Below, in pieces: positions 1 to 9,215 of a stretch of 64,000 bases of DNA. Below the pieces are notes generated by a model. It was not told the DNA's origin, searched no databases, and worked only from the letters and a program-made list of their open reading frames with translations. The position numbers and the translations under genes were made by a program. Position 1 is the stretch's first letter. Every line of letters begins with the position of its first letter. Source of the DNA: Pontiella sp. (lineage in GTDB: Bacteria > Verrucomicrobiota > Kiritimatiellia > Kiritimatiellales > Pontiellaceae); contig JBNKHE010000002.1 of the NCBI GenBank assembly GCA_050290185.1, positions 320,001 to 384,000 of the forward strand, in the 5' to 3' direction.

Positions 1-1103
1 TCCATTTCCAGTTCCATGGCGTGGAAGTGGGAACGGTAAAGTACGCACATTTCCGAGAGCGGCATACCGCTTCGGTTCAGTTCGAGCGCTTTTTCAATCA
101 CGTAGCGCGCCTGTACCGATCCATCGCGCACCTTTGCAAGATGCGGCATGGCACCGGTTTCGCGAACAGCCTGCAATTCCTTTTGGAACTGCTCCGGATT
201 GCCGGCGATCACCTCGTTGGCCACCTCCAGAATTTCCGGCGTACTGCGGTAGTTCGTCTGCAAAAGATACCTAGTTGCTTCGGGGAAATAGTCTTCAAAA
301 CGAAGGAAATTCTTAAAATCTGCGCCACGCCAAGAATAGATACTCTGGAAGTCGTCCCCAACTACCATCAAATTTCCATGTCGCTTAACCAACAAATGCA
401 CCATCTCAGCCTGAATGGTATTGGTATCCTGATATTCATCAACTAGCACATACATGAATTCATGCTGAAAGAAAGTTCGGACGGCTTCATTCTCCACTAA
501 AAGCTTGTGGGCATAAATCAGAAGGTCATCAAAATCCATAGCATTGGAATCCTTCTTCCGTTGCTGGTAAAGGTTGTGGACTTTGATTACGGTATCGGCA
601 TCAACTTCAGAATACTCGAACTGCTCATCAATTGCTGCGTTCAAATCGCCCATCCGGCCGCTGACCACACCGAACAGACTCAACAATACCTCTGGTTTCG
701 GAAAATGCTTCTTCTCAACGCCAATTTCATCAGCGCACATTCGAAGCAACTTTTTTGCATCATCTGCATCTAATATAGTGAAATCACTTCCAAAACCAAC
801 CTTGCTGGCCTGTGCACGAAGTAAATAGTTCGAAAAATGATGGAAGGTTCCACTGAACTTACTTGTGAACGGATGCCCGATTAGATCTTCCGCACGAGAA
901 AGCATTTCCCTAGCTGCTTTATTAGTGAACGTCAGCAAGAGGATTCGTTTGGGATCAATTTTCTTCTCTCGTACAAGATAGGCCAAACGATAAATCAGCG
1001 TACGGGTTTTTCCGGTTCCTGCGGCGGCAATTACCAGCGATGCTCCATCGGATGCGGTGACGGCGGCATACTGTTCTTCGTTGAGTTCTTCCTTAAAATT
1101 CAT
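1..1103 (-). CDS. UvrD/PcrA/Rep-family ATP-dependent DNA helicase (5' part; runs off the window start)
   Basis: Absent from the ORF track. Manual translation from ATG 1103 gives MNFKEELNEEQYAAV..., Walker A AAAGTGKT, motif Ia LTFTNKAAREM, GTFH, Walker B VDEYQDTN, VVGDDFQSIYSWRGA and NYRS. Confidence 0.95.
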   Translation of the reverse strand, partial: MNFKEELNEEQYAAVTASDGASLVIAAAGTGKTRTLIYRLAYLVREKKIDPKRILLLTFTNKAAREMLSRAEDLIGHPFTSKFSGTFHHFSNYLLRAQASKVGFGSDFTILDADDAKKLLRMCADEIGVEKKHFPKPEVLLSLFGVVSGRMGDLNAAIDEQFEYSEVDADTVIKVHNLYQQRKKDSNAMDFDDLLIYAHKLLVENEAVRTFFQHEFMYVLVDEYQDTNTIQAEMVHLLVKRHGNLMVVGDDFQSIYSWRGADFKNFLRFEDYFPEATRYLLQTNYRSTPEILEVANEVIAGNPEQFQKELQAVRETGAMPHLAKVRDGSVQARYVIEKALELNRSGMPLSEMCVLYRSHFHAMELEM

Positions 1104-1176
1104 AACGGCGCACCATAGCGGAACGCCCAAAGCGGGAAAAGGAATTTGCCGAGCGAAGCAATTGTGAGGGAAAAAG

Positions 1177-1252
1177 TGGAGCCAATGATCGGAGTCGAAC
1201 CGATGACCTATTCATTACGAATGAATTGCTCTACCAACTGAGCTACATTGGC
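1177..1252 (-). tRNA. tRNA-Thr(CGT)
   Basis: Reverse complement is GCCAATGTAGCTCAGTTGGTAGAGCAATTCATTCGTAATGAATAGGTCATCGGTTCGACTCCGATCATTGGCTCCA: 76 nt, cloverleaf, anticodon arm ATTCA-TT-CGT-AA-TGAAT, TTCGA T-loop, encoded CCA. Confidence 0.97.
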
Positions 1253-1336
1253 CTCGTTAAAGGAGATGAAGTGTTTACGAAAATGCGCTGAGCGGGTCAA
1301 TCTGCATTTGCCGGATTTTTGCGGGGCGCAGGAAAT

Positions 1337-2158
1337 CTATTGTATGGCGGAGAGCTGGTTGAGCTGCAGGTTCAGGTCCTGCCAGAGGGTCGGGGTGGCG
1401 AACTGGGGATATTCACCCCCGTTATCGGACATTTCGAGCACCGTGACCCAATCCGACCCGGCGACACAAACGGCTTCGAGCCGGAAATCGTCGAGCACGC
1501 GCCGCGATGCCAACGTGATCTGATCACACTCGACGATCACCTGAACCACCTGGCGTTTGACCAGGCGCCCAACCTTTACATCAAAATTGGCGTCATCGAT
1601 CGAGGCCAGCTCGTTGCCCTTTTCATCCAGCCACATGATCTTGGCGTCTTTCAACTGCAGCCGGGTTTTATCATTAATGGCATACGGCGGGAAAACCGGG
1701 ATCGAATCGTCCGGCCCCTTTTGCACGGAATTCAACCCGACGGCAGCCCCCAGCCGGCGTCCGATGCCATGCAATACCAGCGGCTCCCAGTTTCCCGAGG
1801 TCGGCACCCGCTGAAAACGGATCTCAGCATTCTTCAGCCGCAGCTTCTTCACGAACGGTTTGTCGGAGGATAGAAAGGAAAGCCAGTTGAAGGAGATCTT
1901 CACATCCGGCATTTCAGCTCCCTGAATAAGCAGCCCTTTCAGCCGAATCCCCATCAAGGGTGTTGCTCCGCACTTTTCCAGCGAAACGGGCAACCGGGTA
2001 CCGTTGGAAATCTTGTCGGCAACCAGGGAACGAACGCCTTCCGTTCTGGAAATCAGATGGGCCCCGATGTAAAGAATAAGAAATACCAGCCCCCCGGTGA
2101 TCAGCCTGCGCTTTAGCCGCTTGTCCCCACCGCTCTTCGCTGACTTCTTTTTAGCCAT
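1337..2158 (-). CDS. hypothetical membrane-anchored protein (possibly AsmA-like)
   Basis: Start MAKKK overlaps the proC stop. Basic N-terminus plus one TM helix, followed by a beta-rich region. Confidence 0.7.
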   Translation of the reverse strand: MAKKKSAKSGGDKRLKRRLITGGLVFLILYIGAHLISRTEGVRSLVADKISNGTRLPVSLEKCGATPLMGIRLKGLLIQGAEMPDVKISFNWLSFLSSDKPFVKKLRLKNAEIRFQRVPTSGNWEPLVLHGIGRRLGAAVGLNSVQKGPDDSIPVFPPYAINDKTRLQLKDAKIMWLDEKGNELASIDDANFDVKVGRLVKRQVVQVIVECDQITLASRRVLDDFRLEAVCVAGSDWVTVLEMSDNGGEYPQFATPTLWQDLNLQLNQLSAIQ

Positions 2159-2948
2159 CTGCCAGTTCCTTTGACCGTGCCTGCGCCGCCAAAAGCGCCG
2201 CAATAATGGAATCCTTAACGCCGCGCTCTTCCATGGTATTGATGGCCGCCGCGGTTGTACCGCCCTTGGAGGTGACCTTCTGGCGTAACGCTCCGGCCTC
2301 CTCGCCGGTTTCTTTCATCAGCTTTGCTGCTCCAATGACGGTGGCCAGTGCCAGCTCACGCGAAGTTCCCTCTGCAAGACCCATCTGATCCGCCGCCGCC
2401 AGCATGCTTTCGAGGAGGTAGAAGACATAGGCCGGACCGCTTCCGCTTAAAGCCGTAACCGCATCGATCTCCTCTTCCTTTACAATAACGGCCGCCCCGA
2501 CGGCACCCATCAGCTTTTCAGCAACGGCCAGATCGGGTTCAGTGGCGTATTCGCCGGCCGCGATTCCGGCCGCGCCTTCGCCCACCAAGGCGGGCGTATT
2601 GGGCATGACCCGCACCACGCGAATAGGCTTGCTGCCTGCAATCTTTTTGGAGGGGATGCCGGCCATGATGCTCACCACCAGCGCATCGGGCTGGAGTGCA
2701 CCGTCGATTTCCGGCCAGACGGAAGGAAAGATCTGCGGCTTGACGGAAAGCACCACCACATCAGACTGTGCGACTGCAGACGCGTTATCCAATGCGGTGC
2801 CTACGCCATATTTGCTCTTGAAATGACCCAGCCGCTCAGCGGATATATCCGTGACGCACACATCCGCAGCCTCGACTACACCATTTCCCACAATTCCCGC
2901 AACAATGGCCTCCGCCATGTTGCCCGCTCCGATAAAAGTAATATTCAT
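2151..2948 (-). CDS. proC: pyrroline-5-carboxylate reductase
   Basis: FIGAGNMAEA, VRVMPNTP, ALSGSGPAY and VTSKGGTT motifs. Confidence 0.97.
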   Translation of the reverse strand: MNITFIGAGNMAEAIVAGIVGNGVVEAADVCVTDISAERLGHFKSKYGVGTALDNASAVAQSDVVVLSVKPQIFPSVWPEIDGALQPDALVVSIMAGIPSKKIAGSKPIRVVRVMPNTPALVGEGAAGIAAGEYATEPDLAVAEKLMGAVGAAVIVKEEEIDAVTALSGSGPAYVFYLLESMLAAADQMGLAEGTSRELALATVIGAAKLMKETGEEAGALRQKVTSKGGTTAAAINTMEERGVKDSIIAALLAAQARSKELADG

Positions 2949-2964
2949 TCTTCTTATTCCTAAT

Positions 2965-2988
2965 TTTTCACCACAGAGGACACAGAGA
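2965..2988. repeat. inverted repeat, left of GxxExxY gene
   Basis: ttttcaccacagaggacacagaga. Its reverse complement matches 3366-3389 at 23/24 nt. Confidence 0.9.
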
Positions 2989-2991
2989 GGA

Positions 2992-3363
2992 CTATATTTT
3001 GAGCCGTTTTATCCCATCAACTAACCGTTCAACATTGAAGTTGATCAACAATCCCGTTCCGATCCCTGATATTTTCATATACGTCAAAGTCTGGGCAGTA
3101 TGAATTCCCTTTAACTCCTCCACCGATTTCAACTCAACGACCAGCCGGTCTTCGACGAGAAGGTCTATTCGATATCCGCAGTCCAGAGTCACATCCTTAT
3201 AGCCGACCGCCAATGGATGCTCCATCTTGAATACAATTCCCTGCAATTTAAGCTCATACGCCAATGCATGCAGATAAACAGATTCCAATAATCCCGGACC
3301 GAGAGTCCGATGCACCTCAATTGCACATCCTATCACTTTTGCTGTTAAGGGATCTTTCTCCAT
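2992..3363 (-). CDS. GxxExxY family PD-(D/E)XK nuclease-like protein
   Basis: IEVHRTLGPGLLESVY (GxxExxY), RIDLLVE..VVELKSV, HTAQTLTY, GLLINF. Likely start MEKDPL at 3363; alternative 3393. Confidence 0.93.
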   Translation of the reverse strand: MEKDPLTAKVIGCAIEVHRTLGPGLLESVYLHALAYELKLQGIVFKMEHPLAVGYKDVTLDCGYRIDLLVEDRLVVELKSVEELKGIHTAQTLTYMKISGIGTGLLINFNVERLVDGIKRLKI

Positions 3364-3365
3364 TT

Positions 3366-3389
3366 TCTCTGTGCCCTCTGTGGTGAAAA
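3366..3389. repeat. inverted repeat, right of GxxExxY gene
   Basis: tctctgtgccctctgtggtgaaaa. On the minus strand it begins immediately after the yggS stop codon. Confidence 0.9.
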
Positions 3390-4064
3390 TCACCTGCTAC
3401 CAAACAGATCGGTTCCGATGCGCACCCAGGTGCTACCCTCTTCGATAGCGATTTCGAGATCGTGCGACATGCCCATGGAAAGCTCGGGCAATGGTGTTCC
3501 GGTTTCTTCCTGCAGTCGATCACGCAGTTCGCGCAGCGCGACGAAATGGCTGCGCGCTTTTTCGGGGTCCGCAGTAAACGGCGGAATGGTCATCAAACCG
3601 TGCACTTCGACCTTTTGCATTTGGTTGGCGGCGTCAATCACCCCGGCTACCTCATCGGGCTTCATGCCCGACTTGGATGCCTCGCCGGAGACATTGACCT
3701 GCAGCAACACCGGCAGCGTCGTTCCGGCATGGGCATCCAGCGCCTGCAACAGCTTCAGCGAATCGACCGAATGCACCATTTGAAAAAGCTTTGCCGCGAT
3801 TTTGGCCTTGTTGCTCTGCAAGTGGCCGATCAGGTGCCATTCGAGCCCGGACGGGCACATCGGAATCTTGGCTTGCGCCTCCTGCACCTTGTTTTCGCCA
3901 AACAACCGCAACCCGCATCCGGCGGCTTCGCGCACCGCTTCCGGGGGCTTGGTTTTCGACACCGCCAGCAAGCGCACGCTGTCGCGCGTCCGACCCGCCT
4001 TTTCGCAGGCCGCCATGATTCGGTTTTCGACGGCTTCCAATCGTTCTAAAAATGATTCTTCCAT
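3390..4064 (-). CDS. yggS: YggS family pyridoxal phosphate homeostasis protein
   Basis: LLAVSKT, FGENKVQEA, WHLIGHLQSNK, GLMTIPP, LSMGMSHD and VRIGTDLFG motifs. Confidence 0.97.
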   Translation of the reverse strand: MEESFLERLEAVENRIMAACEKAGRTRDSVRLLAVSKTKPPEAVREAAGCGLRLFGENKVQEAQAKIPMCPSGLEWHLIGHLQSNKAKIAAKLFQMVHSVDSLKLLQALDAHAGTTLPVLLQVNVSGEASKSGMKPDEVAGVIDAANQMQKVEVHGLMTIPPFTADPEKARSHFVALRELRDRLQEETGTPLPELSMGMSHDLEIAIEEGSTWVRIGTDLFGSR

Positions 4065-4242
4065 ACCGCACAGCTCCGCATATTTGTTGAATTATTGCCT
4101 ACAGTAGACCACGTTTGTTCAGCATAGAAAATACCTGATTTCATTTGAGCCTTTTTGGCCCTCTATATATACTCCGCTCAAGTAAAGGTTGAGAGAAGAG
4201 AGAGCCTTCCAACCACTTCACATAAACCCAAAGGAGAGAGTT

Positions 4243-4779
4243 ATGAAGAAAGTCACTATGATCGCACTGGGATGCATGCTGGCCTCATCCGTATTGGCGG
4301 AAGAATCAAAACCATTTCAGGCCAGCCTGACCCCCGATATTGCCATTCATTCCAGTGACACCCGAATTAATGGCGTGGCACTCAGCATTTGGGGCGAAAA
4401 CCCGCAAAGCGCCTTTGCCCTTGGCTTCGTAAACGGATCCACCGGCGACAGCGTTGGCCTCTCCATTGGACTGGCAAACTATGCCGAAAACTACACCGGC
4501 GTTCAATGGGGTATTTTCAATTGCACCAGCGGATCCTTTGTTGGATGGCAGGACGGCTTTGTGAACTACGCCAACAACATGAAGGGGCTCCAATCGGGCG
4601 CCGTTAATATCGCCAACAACCTTACAGGTCTTCAATGGGGATGGGTGAACTATGCCAAGACCGTCGACAATGGCGTGCAGATTGGCCTCGTCAACCTTAT
4701 GCCGGAAAACGAATGGTTCAGCAACTTCCCGGATGAACTGGCGAAAGGAATGGTTATCGTCAACTGGCACTTCGAATAA
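4243..4779 (+). CDS. secreted glycine-rich repeat protein (LA_2272-like G[VL]QxG..N repeats)
   Basis: Signal peptide, repeated GVQWG/GLQSG/GVQIG..N units, C-terminus VNWHFE; RBS aaggagag. Confidence 0.8.
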   Translation: MKKVTMIALGCMLASSVLAEESKPFQASLTPDIAIHSSDTRINGVALSIWGENPQSAFALGFVNGSTGDSVGLSIGLANYAENYTGVQWGIFNCTSGSFVGWQDGFVNYANNMKGLQSGAVNIANNLTGLQWGWVNYAKTVDNGVQIGLVNLMPENEWFSNFPDELAKGMVIVNWHFE

Positions 4780-4830
4780 CCCTGGGCGCACCATCATGAA
4801 AAGCCCGCGGTTTTAGGGCTTTCACCAGAC

Positions 4831-4868
4831 AAGAGGGTCGCATTATGCAATGCGGCCTTCTTGCTTTT
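4831..4868 (+). terminator. putative intrinsic terminator
   Basis: aagagggtcgcatt-atgc-aatgcggccttctt hairpin followed by gctttt. A second hairpin lies at 4797-4824. Confidence 0.5.
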
Positions 4869-4968
4869 GGCCAGACAAGCAAGGTTCTAGTGCAGACGCT
4901 TTGAGATTGAGAAAGCTGCAGAATCCAATTAGTTTCCCATGCTCATCAAAACAACACGGAGAGCCCGC

Positions 4969-5481
4969 ATGAAATCGATTTTCGCCATACTCGCACTGAC
5001 CTGCAGCCTTGCGGCTTCGGCGTTTGCAGAAAGCAAACCGTTCCAGGCCAGCCTTACCCCCGAAATCGCAACCCAGCCCCGCTTTATGCTCATCGAAGGG
5101 TTATGCCTCAACATCTGGGGGGAAAACGAACAAAAGGCCATTGCTCTCGGTCTTGTTAACGGTTCAATTGGCGACAGTGTCGGCGTTTCGCTTGGCGGCT
5201 TGAACTATGCCGAAAACTACAAGGGCGTGCACCTCGGCCTCGTAAACTATACCAGCGGACAATTCAGCGGGGCACAGGCCGGCTGGATGATGGGTTTCAG
5301 CGCCATCAACTACGCCGGCTCGCTAACCGGCCTTCAGCTGGGACTCTTCAACTATGCCGAAACCGCCGAAAACGGCATCCAGATCGGCGTCATCAACATC
5401 ATCAACCAAACCGAAACCTGGTTCGACAACTTCCCGAACGAGGTTGCTCCGGGCATGATTCTAGTGAACTGGAGCCTGTAA
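4969..5481 (+). CDS. secreted glycine-rich repeat protein, tandem paralog of 4243-4779
   Basis: Shares ESKPFQASLTP, IWGEN, ALGxVNGSxGDSVG, NYAENY and VNW with the upstream gene. Confidence 0.8.
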   Translation: MKSIFAILALTCSLAASAFAESKPFQASLTPEIATQPRFMLIEGLCLNIWGENEQKAIALGLVNGSIGDSVGVSLGGLNYAENYKGVHLGLVNYTSGQFSGAQAGWMMGFSAINYAGSLTGLQLGLFNYAETAENGIQIGVINIINQTETWFDNFPNEVAPGMILVNWSL

Positions 5482-5493
5482 AGGACAAAGATG

Positions 5494-6591
5494 TCACATC
5501 CGGCGGCGACGGGGCGCGCAGAGGCGGGCGAGGAGGGTTTCGACCATCAGCTCGTGCGGGATCGAACCTGAGGAGAGCATCCGTTCGTGGGTATCCACCA
5601 CCAGTTTCTTGCGGGCAGCCAGGTTTTTCGACGAATAGGCCGCGGCCTGACCGGCAATCTTGGATGCGCGAAACCAATGCATCTTGCGGGGATCGTCGGG
5701 CATGACGGAAAAATAGTCGTCCAGCTCCGGATCGTTCGCCCACTGTATCCGCGTTCCGTTCATCCGCAGCCAGCCGGCATCCATGTATTCGCGGAAACGC
5801 AGCAGGTTGTGGAACAGGTTTTCAAGCTGGATCACCAGCCCGACTCCCGTTTGCTTTTGGAATAGAAGCTGTCGGAAAATACGGATGGCATCGCCCAGTT
5901 TCCCTTCGGCCATCGCGTCGGTCAGATCCCAAATCAACGCTTCGCCGGAAGCGGAGGTGATGATCTGAACATCTGCCTTTGTGATGGCCTTTTCGCCGCC
6001 CTTATAGAGCACCATCTTTTCGACTTCGTTCATGATCTGACGGGTTTCGAACCCCGTCTTATCGATGAAAGCATCAGCCGCGTTGGAATCGATCGTGTAT
6101 CCTTCTCGCTTGAACAGCGTGACCGCGCGCTGGAGGGCGACGGGACGGGCCTCGTAATCGCGCTCGGGAACGGCATATTCCGTGATGTCGCAGACCTCTT
6201 TGAGGGTTTTAAAAAAGGATGATCGCTTGTCGATCCCCGGAGCCGACAGGATCAGATACTGATCCGCAGCCAGTCCGGCCTTAAGATCCTTGGCCAGCTC
6301 GCCCAGTAGGCGCTTGACCTGATCGTTCTTCATGATGACCGAATTGGAAAAGAAGGAAACATCGCGGAACCACACCACCTTTTCCCCGCCGAAAAGCCCG
6401 ACGGTGCGGAACGCCGCCAGACATTGATCGATCGCCGCCACGGCATCATCAATGATGCCCGCGCTGCCATCGATGGTTTCCAACGAAAGCGCCTGCTCGG
6501 CCTCCGGGCAAAGCTCGTCGACTTTCTTCCGGGCATTCAATCCCACCAGATATTCGTCGTTGCCGTAGTAGAAATATATGTTGTCGCCCAT
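5494..6591 (-). CDS. holA: DNA polymerase III subunit delta
   Basis: YFYYGNDEYL N-terminus, GLFGGEKVV, IDKRS, MNEVEKM, IWDLTDAM; typical length. Confidence 0.85.
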   Translation of the reverse strand: MGDNIYFYYGNDEYLVGLNARKKVDELCPEAEQALSLETIDGSAGIIDDAVAAIDQCLAAFRTVGLFGGEKVVWFRDVSFFSNSVIMKNDQVKRLLGELAKDLKAGLAADQYLILSAPGIDKRSSFFKTLKEVCDITEYAVPERDYEARPVALQRAVTLFKREGYTIDSNAADAFIDKTGFETRQIMNEVEKMVLYKGGEKAITKADVQIITSASGEALIWDLTDAMAEGKLGDAIRIFRQLLFQKQTGVGLVIQLENLFHNLLRFREYMDAGWLRMNGTRIQWANDPELDDYFSVMPDDPRKMHWFRASKIAGQAAAYSSKNLAARKKLVVDTHERMLSSGSIPHELMVETLLARLCAPRRRRM

Positions 6592-6767
6592 GCGCTAGTT
6601 CCTCTTCCAATCCTTCCAAGATATGATTTAATGCGGTCGTTTGGAATCGAAAACCGTACAGGGATGAACAGGCAAAATGGTTTTTAGGCAGAAAGATCTT
6701 AATCCGCGAATGCATGGCGCATTGTTCTGCCCCTAATATTCAGTCTGAACGACCGAAGGGATCTGAG

Positions 6768-7250
6768 ATGCAAAAGACAATCTGGGCACCGTGGCGAATA
6801 GAATATATTCTAGGCAACAAGGAGGCCGGCTGCTTCCTATGCAAAATGTTTTCCGAGGACAACGATCGCGAAAACCTGCTGCTCAAGCGCGGCAAAACCT
6901 GCGCGGTCGTCATGAATCGCTATCCCTACACCAGCGCGCACCTGATGGTAACCCCTTATCGACATCTTGAACATCTTAAGGACATGACCCCCGACGAGCG
7001 GCTCGAAATGACCGACCTGAGCATCGACGCTGTCGAAATCCTGAAGGCGCAACTGAAACCGGACGGACTCAACCTCGGGTACAACCTCGGCGCCGCGGCC
7101 GGCGCCGGCCTCAAAGACCATATCCACCAGCACATTGTGCCGCGCTGGATCGGCGACACCAACTTCATGCCCGTTCTGGCCGATACCCGCGTCATGCCGC
7201 AGGCATTGATGGAGCAGTATGACGTACTTCGCCCGCTGTTTGAGAGCTAA
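6768..7250 (+). CDS. HIT family hydrolase (Ap4A phosphorylase-like)
   Basis: IWAPWR, CFLC, NRYPYTSAH, AAGAG, HIHQH and VPRWIGDTNFM motifs. Confidence 0.93.
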   Translation: MQKTIWAPWRIEYILGNKEAGCFLCKMFSEDNDRENLLLKRGKTCAVVMNRYPYTSAHLMVTPYRHLEHLKDMTPDERLEMTDLSIDAVEILKAQLKPDGLNLGYNLGAAAGAGLKDHIHQHIVPRWIGDTNFMPVLADTRVMPQALMEQYDVLRPLFES

Positions 7251-7293
7251 TTCATCCAATCCATTAGACTCACAACGCTGATCGGAGGGTTGC

Positions 7294-7839
7294 ATGGATC
7301 TTGACAGCCTCACAAAGTTCAAAAAATTCGAGGGTCATATTGCAAAAGATTCTTTTCGGGCCATGTGGATCGGATCCTCTCTTTTTACAGTTTTTACCTG
7401 CACCATATTGGCGTTTACAGGACTTGAAGATCTGATCTCCCAAATGAAATCCCTTCCCATAAAGGAAGCTATCGGGCTCCCGTATGCTCTGTTCATCTTC
7501 CCTGCATATCTAGCGATATCGGGCTCCATCGGATGGAAATTCTGGGCGAGGGAACCGGATAGAATTATCCTTCCCGCTGATAGCCTGCTGCTTCATGCCC
7601 TGAACTGCATATTTGTTTTTCCGGCATTGTTCACCTGCATATTCTCTCTCTGGAATATCCTAAAATGGGCCTTTGGCGAGCACCGCAGCCCGCAGGATCT
7701 TGGAACAATGCTTTTAGTTTGGGTCCTTTTCGAATACCTGATTGCCAGAATCTTCTGGGGCTTCGCCTGGTGGACACTTTTCAACATCAAGCGCCTTGTG
7801 ACTGCCCCGTTTGATGATAGCTCAAGAAGGCCGTGGTAA
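7294..7839 (+). CDS. hypothetical membrane protein (~4 TM)
   Basis: 181-aa ORF with ggagg RBS and hydrophobic segments; lower GC than neighbours. Confidence 0.65.
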   Translation: MDLDSLTKFKKFEGHIAKDSFRAMWIGSSLFTVFTCTILAFTGLEDLISQMKSLPIKEAIGLPYALFIFPAYLAISGSIGWKFWAREPDRIILPADSLLLHALNCIFVFPALFTCIFSLWNILKWAFGEHRSPQDLGTMLLVWVLFEYLIARIFWGFAWWTLFNIKRLVTAPFDDSSRRPW

Positions 7840-7909
7840 CTGAATACGATCGAAGCCCCATCTACGCATAGACAGGGCCTATGATCAAAGGGAATGACAA
7901 CGGCCGACT

Positions 7910-8395
7910 CTATAACTGACTGGCACTAGCAGCCCTATGAGTCTGTAGGTATTCATTCATCAAACCGGCCAACTTATCGGCATCCTCTCCAAAACACTCG
8001 GGCAACGTGAACTGCACGTCGCCCCCTGCACGATTAAACTTGGCCAACTTCGTCTGGTCAAACTCCGGGACAAAGTTCCAACCGACATACTTCATGAATG
8101 CAATCGTTACCGGATAGAATTCTTCGATATCGTCCCACCTATAGGACTCTTCCTTTTTGAGGATCCCAACCACGAATCCGTCCTGGTTGATCTTTAAAAA
8201 GGAACCGCCCATTGCCATTTGCCTGATCATGATAGGAGTGACCAGCACACCCAGTCCAACGGCCAGCCAGCCATACCAGTGATGGCTCATGACCATCAAA
8301 ACACCCATGAGCGCAAATGCGGGCCCCATCAACACCATAATGATCTGTCTCTTCTTACTCGTCCTCAATACCATCTCTGCTTGTACAGTATCCAT
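7910..8395 (-). CDS. hypothetical protein, 2 TM plus PH-like domain (STM3941-like)
   Basis: Two TM helices then FLKINQDGF...YRWDDI; RBS aaggag before ATG 8395. Confidence 0.65.
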   Translation of the reverse strand: MDTVQAEMVLRTSKKRQIIMVLMGPAFALMGVLMVMSHHWYGWLAVGLGVLVTPIMIRQMAMGGSFLKINQDGFVVGILKKEESYRWDDIEEFYPVTIAFMKYVGWNFVPEFDQTKLAKFNRAGGDVQFTLPECFGEDADKLAGLMNEYLQTHRAASASQL

Positions 8396-8565
8396 ATTAC
8401 TCCTTGTCACACATGTATCTGCGCACCGACTCAACCACACAGTTGCGTAGTATTTACTATCTGATATAATCAGTCTGGTACATTCAAAAGAATGGAATTA
8501 ATCCCCCAAGGTTCTTTATAAAGATTTACAATCGACAGGACTCAACCCCAACCGAGAATACCGCA

Positions 8566-9132
8566 ATGAAACCTGCACTCCCTATTCTGTTGTTCGCGCT
8601 TAGTCTTTCATCATTCAGCCTAGCGGATGAAACCAATGACTCCTCCTCCCTGTTCGGCATCACGATTACGAACCAGGTTTCAGCGGCGGAAAAGCAATTC
8701 AACCTTGGATCGGCCTATTTCTCGGGCGACGGCGTGGAGCAGGATCTCCCCAAAGCAATCGAGTACTTCCGAAAAGCGGCGGAGCTCGGCCATGGCCATG
8801 CCCAGTTCAACCTTGGTTTATGCTACATGAATGGCTCCGGCGTGGAACAAAGCGATCAGGAAGCCGCTCTCTGGCTTAAGAAGGCTGCTGACCAGGGGAT
8901 AAAGGAAGCGATCTATCCATTGGGGGTCTGCTGCTACAACCTCGAACAATACACCGAGGCCTATGCCTGGTCCCTTGCCGCCGAAGCCAACGGCGATAGC
9001 CGCCTGAAGGAAATGCTCACCCCCATGTATTCCGAAGAAGAAATTGCTGCCGGAAAGGCCCGATTTGAGGAACTGAAAACCGCGCAGAAAAAACCGGAAA
9101 CGGACGATTCAAAGCCCACAACCGGAAATTAA
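8566..9132 (+). CDS. secreted Sel1-repeat protein
   Basis: Signal peptide; QFNLG..Y..GDGVEQD..KA..YFRKAAELG repeats. Confidence 0.9.
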   Translation: MKPALPILLFALSLSSFSLADETNDSSSLFGITITNQVSAAEKQFNLGSAYFSGDGVEQDLPKAIEYFRKAAELGHGHAQFNLGLCYMNGSGVEQSDQEAALWLKKAADQGIKEAIYPLGVCCYNLEQYTEAYAWSLAAEANGDSRLKEMLTPMYSEEEIAAGKARFEELKTAQKKPETDDSKPTTGN

Positions 9133-9215
9133 CCAGAATCCCCCCTACAGCTTAGTAGTCATTTATTTCGTTTTTTTATGTTCGGTCTGGAGACCGGGCG
9201 GGAATTACTTAATAA

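Noticed and set aside
21..828. Plus-strand ORFs 21-446, 507-773 and 574-828
   Set aside because: They are antisense shadows of the helicase gene, which carries all the conserved motifs on the minus strand.
1177..1252. tRNA-Thr as an integration site for a genomic island
   Set aside because: I saw no integrase and no duplicate of the tRNA 3' end in the window, and the flanking genes are housekeeping.
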